32,000 nucleotides of DNA from positions 600,001 to 632,000 of the forward strand of contig NZ_CP042911.1 in assembly GCF_008065095.1 (NCBI RefSeq), given 5' to 3'. Positions within the stretch are counted from its first letter, which is position 1, and each line of letters starts with the position of its first letter. The notes beneath the pieces are model-generated. The model was given only the letters and a program-made list of their open reading frames with translations, searched no databases and had not been told where the DNA came from. The position numbers and the translations under genes were made by a program. Positions 16,137 through 23,530 of this stretch are shown here, piece by piece. Source of the DNA: Gemmata obscuriglobus. GTDB lineage: Bacteria > Planctomycetota > Planctomycetia > Gemmatales > Gemmataceae.

Positions 16137-16641
16137 TCACTTCGCGGTCGGAAGGTCCGCGTATACGATCTCGCTGCCGTACAGTCTCTTCGCGCCCGAG
16201 ACCACCTTCCCCTCGTTCGACACGATCACGCTGAACCCGTACCCGCGCCAGTCCGGCTTCTTGTTCACGCTCCAGTTCGCGCCGACCAGATGGTGCTTGA
16301 ACGGCTTCACCCGCGCCGGCAGTTTCTCCCACATCCACTCCGCTTCTCGATGGGCATCCCTTTGACGTGCCAGTTCGTCTTGAGGTCTTGCGACGGGCAC
16401 CCCGTGATGGCCGTTTCGGGCAGCACTACGAACTTCGCGCCGGCCTTGGCCGCTTCCTGGATCAGTGCCGTCCGCTTCCTCGTGTTGGCTACGACATCCC
16501 CGAGGTCGGACGAGCACTGAACCGCCGCGACCTTCACGGTCTTTGGCGCGACCGGTGGTTGTTGGTTTACCGAGGTCGCGCCTGGAGCGGCGGCGCCGGA
16601 AATGGGCGGCAAAAAATGAGAAAGGTCAGGAGAGTTCGCAT
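16137..16641 (-). pseudogene. Relic of a secreted carbon-nitrogen hydrolase (nitrilase superfamily): frameshifted and internally deleted
   Basis: Three consecutive frames. (a) ATG 16641, MRTLLTFLIF, then a stop after 24 codons. (b) 'LPPISGAAAPGATSVNQQPPVAPKTVKVAAVQCSSDLGDVVANTRKRTALIQEAAKAGAKFVVLPETAITG' carries the AAVQ...VVLPE catalytic-Glu signature. (c) 'WMWEKLPARVKPFKHHLVGANWSVNKKPDWRGYGFSVIVSNEGKVVSGAKRLYGSEIVYADL' is the family C-terminus. The a/b junction is at the T6 run (a6 on + at 16611-16616). The b/c junction is near 16340-16350. The Lys and Cys catalytic segments are absent. Confidence 0.55.
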
Positions 16642-17083
16642 GGTATGCCTGAGGTGACGAATTAGGTACCCGCGGGGCGCTAACGCCGGACGCCGGCGGG
16701 GCAGCGGGCCTGTCAACGTTTCTCGCCGCGGTCGGCACTCGGCGCCAATCCGCCCGACCGGCTCAATTTGTGGTACGATCTGGAACCCTGGTTGTTCAAC
16801 CGGTGTGACAGTGCTAATACCAAGGTTGCGGTGTTGGTGACCAGGTGAGCCGTGGTAAGTACACACCTTAAAACGGCTTGGCCGATTAATAAACGCGGAC
16901 CCACGTGCGGATATAGAGTCTTCTCGTGGTGCAGATTATTACGACGGGCTCTCATTTTTCCGAAAGGCTACTCACCGATTTTTCCCAACTCGCACTCACT
17001 ACCGCCTAACCCGCAGCGTGTTAAAAGTGAAGTAGGTTGGACGTCCGAGAGACGCGGAAGGCTGTCGCAAGCCAAGGGCGACC

Positions 17084-18046
17084 GTGAACAGTACCGAACA
17101 CTTCGAACGCTTCTTCTTCCTCGTGACCGTGGGCGCGGGGCTGATGCTCTTCGGGTGCGCGAACTTGGCCCTGGGTTGGCGCGGGGGGATGGTGGTGCTC
17201 CGGACGGTGCTCGGCGCGGCCGGGTGCGGTGCGGCGGTCGCGGCCCTCGGCACGCTCACGCACCGCGAACTCGCGGAGCGAGCCGCCGCGATACTCGCGG
17301 CGGCACTGGTTGTCGTTAACCTGTTCAGCTCCGGCTGGTTTCACCGCCGGCTCGCGGCTGCCGGTGCTTTGCTCCGCAAGCCGGCCGCCCGTGGGGCCGG
17401 GCTCGTCGTGGCCGGGCTGGCGGTCGTGATTGGTGCGGCGGTGTGGTTCGATTTCGCCGACCAGCAGCTCACCGAGGATCAGACGCTGGACCTCGAAGTT
17501 GTGCTCGGCCGCCAGCCGAACCGCCCCACCGAGCGGGCCAGCGCGACGACCGACCGCGGCACCCCGGTGGTCCTCAAGGAGCCGCAGTCGCCCCGCGCTC
17601 CCGAAACCCTCTCGAGCCCCGAAGAGAGGTTGCTCCGCGACACCAAGTTGGACGATCAGGTGATCCGCCACGCCGGGCCGTCGGACGAGTTCAACTGCCA
17701 CGGCTGGGTGTTCACCGGGGGCAAGTTCCTGCTCAGCCCCGACGACGTGGAACTGATTCTTAAGGAGAACGGTTACGCCGAAGTCGCCCAGCCGCAACCG
17801 GGCGACGTGGTGGTGTACCGCAACAACGGCACGGTGTCGCACACCGCGCTGGTGCGGTACGTGGCCGAGGGGCAGCCGGTACTGGTCGAGGGGAAGTGGG
17901 GGACGATGGGGCTCTTCCTGCACCCGGTCGACAAATCCCCCTACGGCACGGCGCTCACGTACCACCGCAGCGCCCGCCGCGGTCACCTGCTGACCGGGAT
18001 CGGCGGCGCCGGCTCGGACGCGGCCGTCAACGCCGCGGTTGAGTAG
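17084..18046 (+). CDS. Membrane-anchored protein with a C-terminal papain-fold (NlpC/P60- or CHAP-like) Cys/His domain
   Basis: 320 aa with a GTG start and 4 N-terminal hydrophobic helices. C-terminal 'FNCHGWVFTGGKFLL...PQPGDVVVYRNNGTVSHTALVRYV...VEGKWG' has the Cys...GD-hydrophobic...His order of NlpC/P60/CHAP hydrolases. The domain assignment is by pattern only. Confidence 0.6.
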   Translation: MNSTEHFERFFFLVTVGAGLMLFGCANLALGWRGGMVVLRTVLGAAGCGAAVAALGTLTHRELAERAAAILAAALVVVNLFSSGWFHRRLAAAGALLRKPAARGAGLVVAGLAVVIGAAVWFDFADQQLTEDQTLDLEVVLGRQPNRPTERASATTDRGTPVVLKEPQSPRAPETLSSPEERLLRDTKLDDQVIRHAGPSDEFNCHGWVFTGGKFLLSPDDVELILKENGYAEVAQPQPGDVVVYRNNGTVSHTALVRYVAEGQPVLVEGKWGTMGLFLHPVDKSPYGTALTYHRSARRGHLLTGIGGAGSDAAVNAAVE

Positions 18047-18173
18047 AGCGCGGACGAGGATCGGCCTCTTGCTTGTGGGTCGCACCGCACCCGGTCTTAA
18101 GATCGTGACTCGGTCACGTCGCTCAGCGCGCCGATGCCGGGCGGTCCCACTTACGCTGTGTGTATAAGAGTTG

Positions 18174-18708
18174 ATGGAAACTCAAGCAGGACGCAGGGGC
18201 CGACGCGGTCGAGAAGGAACACGAGCCGTTCGCCTTCAAGGTGCCTCTCCCGTTCGGCAGTCAGACCCACGTATCTGGATGCCATCAGACATCTCGACGT
18301 ACAGTTACGGCACAACTCCTTTAGTGACAATAACAGTACGTTGGTGGTTGGTAAGCGTGAGGCGAAGTTCAAGGCGAACGGGAGCTTGGGCCCCCACGGC
18401 CTTCTCACACACCCGCCGGAGCGGGGCACCGGACAAATGAAGGGACACGGTGAGCTGCAACTGGACTGTGCTGCGGGTGAAAGTTGGCGTGCCGGCCATT
18501 GAGGGGAACGCGCCCGCCGACCCGGCGTCCACGTTCGTGGTGCTCGGGGGGGGGCGAATCGCTCTGGAAATCGGAACCGGTCACGAAGCGCGACGCCTAC
18601 CAACCCTGCGCGATCCGATATCGCCAGCGTCAAGGTGCTGACGAGCCAGCGTGCATTGCTAAGGAGGGCTACGGCTGGGGCACGGGGTCTGGGCGAAACC
18701 GGTCCTGA
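18174..18708 (+). pseudogene. Unidentified gene readable only through four successive +1 frame changes
   Basis: Third-position G+C is my own count. ATG 18174 (phase 0). 18175-~18270 in phase 1, 'KLKQDAGADAVEKEHEPFAFKVPLPFGSQTH', 27/32 GC3. ~18270-18440 in phase 2, 'YLDAIRHLDVQLRHNSFSDNNSTLVVGKREAKFKANGSLGPHGLLTHPPERGTGQ', 42/59 GC3. 18441-18554 in phase 0, 'RDTVSCNWTVLRVKVGVPAIEGNAPADPASTFVVLGGG', about 31/35 GC3. 18555-18708 in phase 1, 'GESLWKSEPVTKRDAYQPCAIRYRQRQGADEPACIAKEGYGWGTGSGRNRS*'. The last switch is at a G9 run (18546-18554). Confidence 0.45.
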
Positions 18709-18743
18709 TCGAATAACGAGGCCGAGCGCCGGCCGCGCCGAAC

Positions 18744-18776
18744 GCCCGTCCGCGGCGCGGATGGGCTTTTCTTTTT
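18744..18776 (+). terminator. Canonical intrinsic terminator
   Basis: gcccgtccgc (18744-18753) pairs with gcggatgggc (18757-18766): 10 bp including one G-U pair, 3-nt loop, immediately followed by ttttcttttt (18767-18776). It lies 36 nt after the relic's stop and 54 nt before the next ATG. Confidence 0.65.
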
Positions 18777-18829
18777 CCGCCGCTAGAACAGCCACTCCTC
18801 CGTTTCTTTCTGCGTAAGGGCCTTGCGCC

Positions 18830-20071
18830 ATGTCCGTTACCGCTTCCGACCCGTGGTTCCAGACCCTGTTCGCCGACCGGATCGGCGGGGCCAACTACGG
18901 CAAGGGCACCGACATCTACAAGTTCGAGAAGATCAAGCGCGCGAAGCGGAAGGCGCTCGCCGACCACCCCGAGCGCAAGCTGCTCGACTTCGGCATCGGC
19001 GAGAACGACGACATGGCCGATGTCAGCGTCCGCGAGGCGCTGACCCGCGAGGCCAACAAGGTCGAGAACCGCGGGTACGCGGACAACGGCATCCAGAACT
19101 ACAAGGACGCCGCGGCCGAGTTCATGCAGCGGCAGTTCGGCGTCACCCTCGACCCGGTGACGGAAATCTGCCACTGCATCGGCTCCAAGCCGGCGTACGC
19201 CATGCTCCCGGCGGTGTTCATCAACCCTGCCGACGTGACGCTGATGACCGTCCCGGGGTACCCGGTCGCGGGCACCTGGACCCGCTACCTCGGCGGCGAG
19301 GTCGTGCGCCTGCCCCTTCTGGAGAAGAACGGGTTTTTCCCGGACCTCGACGGCATCCCCGCCGAGGTGCGCAAGCGGGCCAAGCTGCTCGTCATCAACT
19401 ACCCGAACTCGCCGACCGGCGCGGTCGCGACGAAGGACTTCTACAAGCGGGTGATCGAGTTCGCCCACGCGAACCAGATCGTCATCGTGCAGGACGCCGC
19501 GCACATCCTCCTGAGCTACAAGGAGCCGCCGCTCAGCTTCCTCCAGGTGGACGGCGCGAAGGAGGTGGGCGTCGAGGTCCACTCGATGTCGAAGGGGTTC
19601 AACATGATCGGCTGGCGGCTCGGCTTCGTCGCCGGGCACCCGAAGATCGTGCAGGCCTACGCGGACGTAAAGGACAACAGCGACAGCGGCCAGTTCATGG
19701 CCGTCCAGCACGCGGCGGCCCAGGCGCTGCGCACCGCCGAGATCCCGGTCCAGGTGCGCACCAAGTACCAGCGGCGGCTCGAAAAGCTGGTGGCGGCGCT
19801 GAAGCAGGTGGGGTTCAAGTGCGAGATGCCGGGCGGCACGTACTTCCTCTACGCCGCGGCACCCAAGGCGGCCGGCGACATCGCCTTCGGGAACGCCGAG
19901 GCGGCGTCCCAGTACCTGATCCACGAGCAGAGCGTGTGCTGCGTGCCGTGGGACGACGCGGGCGCGTACCTGCGGTTCTCGGTCACCTACATCGCCAAGG
20001 ACGAGGCGGAAGAGGACGCGCTCATGGCCGAGACGGTGGCCCGGCTGAAGGGCATGAACCTGAAGTTCTGA
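18830..20071 (+). CDS. Class I/II PLP-dependent aminotransferase, probably LL-diaminopimelate aminotransferase (DapL-like)
   Basis: 413 aa. 'YKFEKIKRAKRKALADHPERKLLDFGIGENDD', 'INYPNSPTG', and the PLP-lysine motif 'HSMSKGFNMIGWRLGF'. The DapL assignment rests on my recollection of the N-terminal KFEKIKRAK signature. Confidence 0.85.
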   Translation: MSVTASDPWFQTLFADRIGGANYGKGTDIYKFEKIKRAKRKALADHPERKLLDFGIGENDDMADVSVREALTREANKVENRGYADNGIQNYKDAAAEFMQRQFGVTLDPVTEICHCIGSKPAYAMLPAVFINPADVTLMTVPGYPVAGTWTRYLGGEVVRLPLLEKNGFFPDLDGIPAEVRKRAKLLVINYPNSPTGAVATKDFYKRVIEFAHANQIVIVQDAAHILLSYKEPPLSFLQVDGAKEVGVEVHSMSKGFNMIGWRLGFVAGHPKIVQAYADVKDNSDSGQFMAVQHAAAQALRTAEIPVQVRTKYQRRLEKLVAALKQVGFKCEMPGGTYFLYAAAPKAAGDIAFGNAEAASQYLIHEQSVCCVPWDDAGAYLRFSVTYIAKDEAEEDALMAETVARLKGMNLKF

Positions 20072-20081
20072 GCGAGAGCCA

Positions 20082-20396
20082 ATGTTCGGCGTCGGCGACA
20101 CGGTTCCACTAACCGATGTGTTCGGACGGTACATCGGTTCCGTCCGGATTGACGACGTTTCGCCAGAGTGGGTGAGCGGTGATTTCACTCCCGGACCGCA
20201 GTTCGGCGAGGTCGCACCGTTATTCGCCGAGTTCGAGCAACTGGTGAACGATCAGGCGTTAAGCCTCCTCGATTCCGTAATGGATTCGATCGCAGAACTG
20301 GGGCTCCGTTCACCTGACGGAACCGCTCTTCGCGACATCCAAATTTACCCTGCCGCGCGGGGCGCGAACTGGCGTCCCGCGGGCTACCGCCGGTAA
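20082..20396 (+). CDS. Hypothetical protein (104 aa)
   Basis: ATG 10 nt after the aminotransferase stop. Acidic, non-repetitive sequence ([35 protein letters not shown]...). Noticeably more A/T-ending codons than its neighbours. No recognisable motif. Confidence 0.5.
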   Translation: MFGVGDTVPLTDVFGRYIGSVRIDDVSPEWVSGDFTPGPQFGEVAPLFAEFEQLVNDQALSLLDSVMDSIAELGLRSPDGTALRDIQIYPAARGANWRPAGYRR

Positions 20397-20415
20397 TGCG
20401 GCATCGGCGCCCTGC

Positions 20416-20682
20416 ATGCCCCCAGTTGCCGCCAACGCCCCCGCGCGAGTGGCTCACGCGATTCGGCTGCTGCTCGCGGCCGGGGCCGACGCGAACCGGC
20501 CGGACCGTGAGGGCGTCACCCCGCTCGGCCACGCCCGGCGGGTGCTCGATCGGGTGCGGCTCGAAGACGAGGTGCTGGGCGCGTTCGCTTCCGCCGCGGG
20601 CCGCCCGTTCGACGGGGGGCGGGGCGACCGGCGCGTGGCCGAAGAAGTGCTCCGGCTGCTCGGCGCGCCGCGGCCGGGGTAG
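20416..20682 (+). CDS. Small protein with a single ankyrin-repeat-like segment
   Basis: 88 aa. '[29 protein letters not shown]' fits the ankyrin consensus (LL..GAD.N..D..G.TPLH.A). GC-rich third positions. The overlapping 20396..20803 frame is Arg/Pro-rich. Confidence 0.5.
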   Translation: MPPVAANAPARVAHAIRLLLAAGADANRPDREGVTPLGHARRVLDRVRLEDEVLGAFASAAGRPFDGGRGDRRVAEEVLRLLGAPRPG

Positions 20683-20766
20683 TGCCGGCTTCACGCGAAT
20701 TTCACCCGGTGGGCGCCGGCGCCCCGTATCACATCCGGAACCACCCGCCCGCCCCGAGGACCGTCC

Positions 20767-22218
20767 GTGTCCGACCCCACTCCGCCTGAGCACCGCGGAC
20801 TGACCGGCTTTTTGGCCCGCGGGCCGCTCTGGCGGCTCACGGTGTACGCCATCGCGGTCGCGTTCTGCACGTACTTCTGCATGTACGCGTTCCGCAAGCC
20901 GTTCGACGCCGCCAAGTTCTACGTCACCGACGCGAACGGGAGCGTGGTCCGCGAGCCGGTGTTCGGCCCCGACGGGAACCCCAAGACGGAGAAGCAGAAG
21001 GCCGCCGACGGCACCGAGACCGAGGTGCCGAAGACCAACCCGGTCGCCCTCAAGTACCTCGGGACCCGGCTCGACCTCAAGACGATGTGCGTCATCGCCC
21101 AGGTCATCGGCTACTGCCTGTCGAAGTACCTCGGGACCAAGATCTGTTCCGAAACCCCCGCGAACCGCCGCGCGCACCTGCTCGTCGGGCTGATCCTGTT
21201 CGCGGAGGGGGCGCTGCTGCTCTTCGCGAACCTCCCCCCGGCCCTGAAGCCGCTGGCGATGCTCCTGAACGGGCTGCCGCTCGGGATGGTGTGGGGGCTG
21301 TGCGTCCGGTACCTCGAAGGGCGCCGGGCGAGCGAGGTGATGGTCGCCGGGCTGAGCTGCTCGTACATCGTGGCCGGCGCCGCGACCCGCGACATTGCCC
21401 GCGACATCGTGATGGGCTCGTGGGGGGTGTCCGAGTCGTGGATGCCGGTCGCCACCGGGCTGCTGTTCCTCGGGCCGTTCGTCCTCGCGGTGCTGCTACT
21501 GGACCGGCTCCCGCCCCCTTCGGCAGCCGATGTCGCTCTCCGGTCCGAGCGCGTGACGATGGACCGCCGGCAGCGGCGCGCGTTCCTGGCCCACTTCGGG
21601 ATCGGGTTCGGGATGCTGCTGGTCGCGTACCTGTTTCTGACGGCGCTGCGCGACTTCCGCGACCACTACGGGGCCGAGATCTTTGACGCGCTCGGGCTGG
21701 GGTCGCAGCGCGCCATCTTCACCCGGACCGAGCTGTGGGCCATGTTCGGCGTGATCGTCGCGGTCGCGGTGCTGAACCTCGTCGCGAACCACCGGCGGGC
21801 GCTGATCGCGGTGTACGGGGTCATCGTGGGCGGGTTCGCGCTGATCGGGGGCGCCACAGTAGCGTTTCAGGCAGGGGCCATTTCGGGCTACTGGTGGATG
21901 GCCGCGGTCGGGCTCGGGATGTATCTGGCGTACGTGCCGTTCGGGGCGGTGCTGTTCGAGCGGATGATGGCCGCGAGCCGGTTCAACGGCACCGCCGTGT
22001 TCGCGATCCAGCTCGCCGACGGCGTCGGGTACACCGGCTCGGTGCTCGTTCAGCTTTACCGCGACCTCGCGGCCGGACAGTTCAACCGGCTGGAGTTCTT
22101 CGTGCCGTATGCGATCGTCGCCTCCACGGTCGGCGTGCTGCTGATGACCGCGAGCGGGGTGCTGGTCGTGCGCACCGCGGCCCGGGGCCACGTGCCACGA
22201 GCGGGAGCTGCGACGTGA
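20767..22218 (+). CDS. Polytopic membrane, MFS-like transporter protein (I believe DUF5690-type)
   Basis: 483 aa, about 12 hydrophobic helices with a hydrophilic loop after helix 1. GTG start with GAGGA 6 nt upstream. The family name is from memory and unverified. Confidence 0.8.
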   Translation: MSDPTPPEHRGLTGFLARGPLWRLTVYAIAVAFCTYFCMYAFRKPFDAAKFYVTDANGSVVREPVFGPDGNPKTEKQKAADGTETEVPKTNPVALKYLGTRLDLKTMCVIAQVIGYCLSKYLGTKICSETPANRRAHLLVGLILFAEGALLLFANLPPALKPLAMLLNGLPLGMVWGLCVRYLEGRRASEVMVAGLSCSYIVAGAATRDIARDIVMGSWGVSESWMPVATGLLFLGPFVLAVLLLDRLPPPSAADVALRSERVTMDRRQRRAFLAHFGIGFGMLLVAYLFLTALRDFRDHYGAEIFDALGLGSQRAIFTRTELWAMFGVIVAVAVLNLVANHRRALIAVYGVIVGGFALIGGATVAFQAGAISGYWWMAAVGLGMYLAYVPFGAVLFERMMAASRFNGTAVFAIQLADGVGYTGSVLVQLYRDLAAGQFNRLEFFVPYAIVASTVGVLLMTASGVLVVRTAARGHVPRAGAAT

Positions 22219-23396
22219 TCCGCTCGGCCATTTTCGACGGTCCGAACCTCCCCCTCCACGTTGAGCCGGCCGGCCGGCCCGCGCTCCGGCCCGGCGAGGC
22301 GCTGGTGCGCGTGTCGCTGTGTACCGTGTGCGGAAGCGACCTGCACACCTTCATCGGTCGCCGGAAGGAAAAGACCCCGTGCGTGCTCGGGCACGAACCC
22401 GTCGGGGTGGTCGAGGAGGTGGCCGGCGACGTGTGCGCCGTCGGCGGCGAACCGGTGCGGGTCGGCGACCGGGTGGTGTGGGCGGTCGCGGTGTCGTGCG
22501 GGACATGCTTCTTCTGCACCCACGGGCTGCCGCAGAAGTGCGAGTCGTTGCGAAAGTACGGCCACGAGCCGCTCACCCCGCAGTGCGGGCCGCTCGGCGG
22601 GTTGTCTACGCACTGCCACCTGCTGAGTGGCACGGCCATCGTGAAGGTACCCGCCGATCTGCCGGACGGAGTCGCGGCGCCGGCGGGGTGTGCGACCGCC
22701 ACCGTCGCCGCGATGCTGCGGGCGGCGGGGCGATTACCTCCGCCCCCCGGCTTGTCCCTGAAGGGAAGGGGGGAGGCCTCGCGTCCCGCTGCCATCTCGG
22801 AGTCGTTGGAAGCGCCGGAACGTTCTCTCCCCCCGGTTTCCTTCAGGGAGGGGGAAGGTTCTTCATGCGTCGTTCTCGGGCTCGGGATGCTCGGGCTGAC
22901 CGCCTGCGCCTGGGCCGAGGCGCTCGGGATCACCGCCATCGCGTGCGACGTGAGCGACGCGCGGCTCGCGCAGGCGGCCCGGTTCGGCGCGCGCCACCTC
23001 GCGAACCCCGACGCGCTCGCGGACCTGGTGAAATCGGTCACGCACGGCCGCGGGGCCGACACGGCGCTCGAGCTGAGCGGCGCGCCGGAGGCGGCGCGGG
23101 CTTCGCTGGAGGTACTGCGGGTGGGCGGTACGGCGGTCTGGGCCGGCGCCGTGTTCCCCACGGACCCGGTGCCGATGCTCCCGGAACAGGTGATCCGCCG
23201 GTGCCTCACCGTGACCGGCGTTCACAACTACGCCCCCCAGGATCTGGACGCGGCGGTGCGGTTCCTGGCCGCGAACCACGTGCGGTTCCCGTTCGCAGAA
23301 TTGGTGGCCAAATCGTTCCCGCTCGCGGACGTGAACGGCGCGTTCCGGTTCGCCGAGGCCGAGCGCCCGGTGCGGGTCGCGGTGGTGTGCGACTGA
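22215..23396 (+). CDS. Zinc-dependent medium-chain alcohol dehydrogenase family protein carrying a 42-codon insertion
   Basis: GTG at 22215 overlaps the upstream stop (GTGA, 22215-22218). Catalytic Zn 'CTVCGSDLH' and 'GHEPVGVVEEVG'. Structural Zn 'CGTCFFCTHGLPQKC'. Rossmann 'VVLGLGMLGL'. It lies in frame within track ORF 21735..23396. Confidence 0.85.
   Translation: MIRSAIFDGPNLPLHVEPAGRPALRPGEALVRVSLCTVCGSDLHTFIGRRKEKTPCVLGHEPVGVVEEVAGDVCAVGGEPVRVGDRVVWAVAVSCGTCFFCTHGLPQKCESLRKYGHEPLTPQCGPLGGLSTHCHLLSGTAIVKVPADLPDGVAAPAGCATATVAAMLRAAGRLPPPPGLSLKGRGEASRPAAISESLEAPERSLPPVSFREGEGSSCVVLGLGMLGLTACAWAEALGITAIACDVSDARLAQAARFGARHLANPDALADLVKSVTHGRGADTALELSGAPEAARASLEVLRVGGTAVWAGAVFPTDPVPMLPEQVIRRCLTVTGVHNYAPQDLDAAVRFLAANHVRFPFAELVAKSFPLADVNGAFRFAEAERPVRVAVVCD
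22737..22862 (+). repeat. In-frame insertion made of two copies of a roughly 32-nt self-complementary unit
   Basis: Unit 1 ccccccggcttgtccctgaagggaaggggggagg (22743-22776). Unit 2 ccccccggtttccttcagggagggggaagg (22829-22858). The ccccccgg starts are 86 nt apart. Each unit folds (cccccc..ctt..ccc tgaa ggg aag gggggg). Translates as PPPPGLSLKGRGEASRPAAISESLEAPERSLPPVSFREGEGS, immediately before the GxGxxG strand. Confidence 0.7.
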
Positions 23397-23530
23397 CCCG
23401 CCGGGTACAATTCTCGTCGCCACACGCTCTACGTTTCGGGTGCCGTACCGCGCACAGGCGCCGGCGCCCCAGAACCGAAGCTTGGCACCGCCCGCGCCGG
23501 CACCACTCGCTTTGACACCGAGGTTCTACC

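Noticed and set aside
18560-18760. Lysine riboswitch (L-box) upstream of the DapL-like gene
   Set aside because: The conserved L-box core strings (AGAGGCGC, CCGAAG, loop-E/K-turn elements) are not visible by eye. The region is better explained as the 3' end of the frameshifted relic plus its terminator. A cmsearch is needed to be certain.
18151-18894. 247-aa minus-strand ORF spanning the relic region and the aminotransferase start
   Set aside because: Arg/Pro/Ala-rich with no motif. It overlaps the start of a well-supported + strand gene. The third-position bias favours + strand phases.
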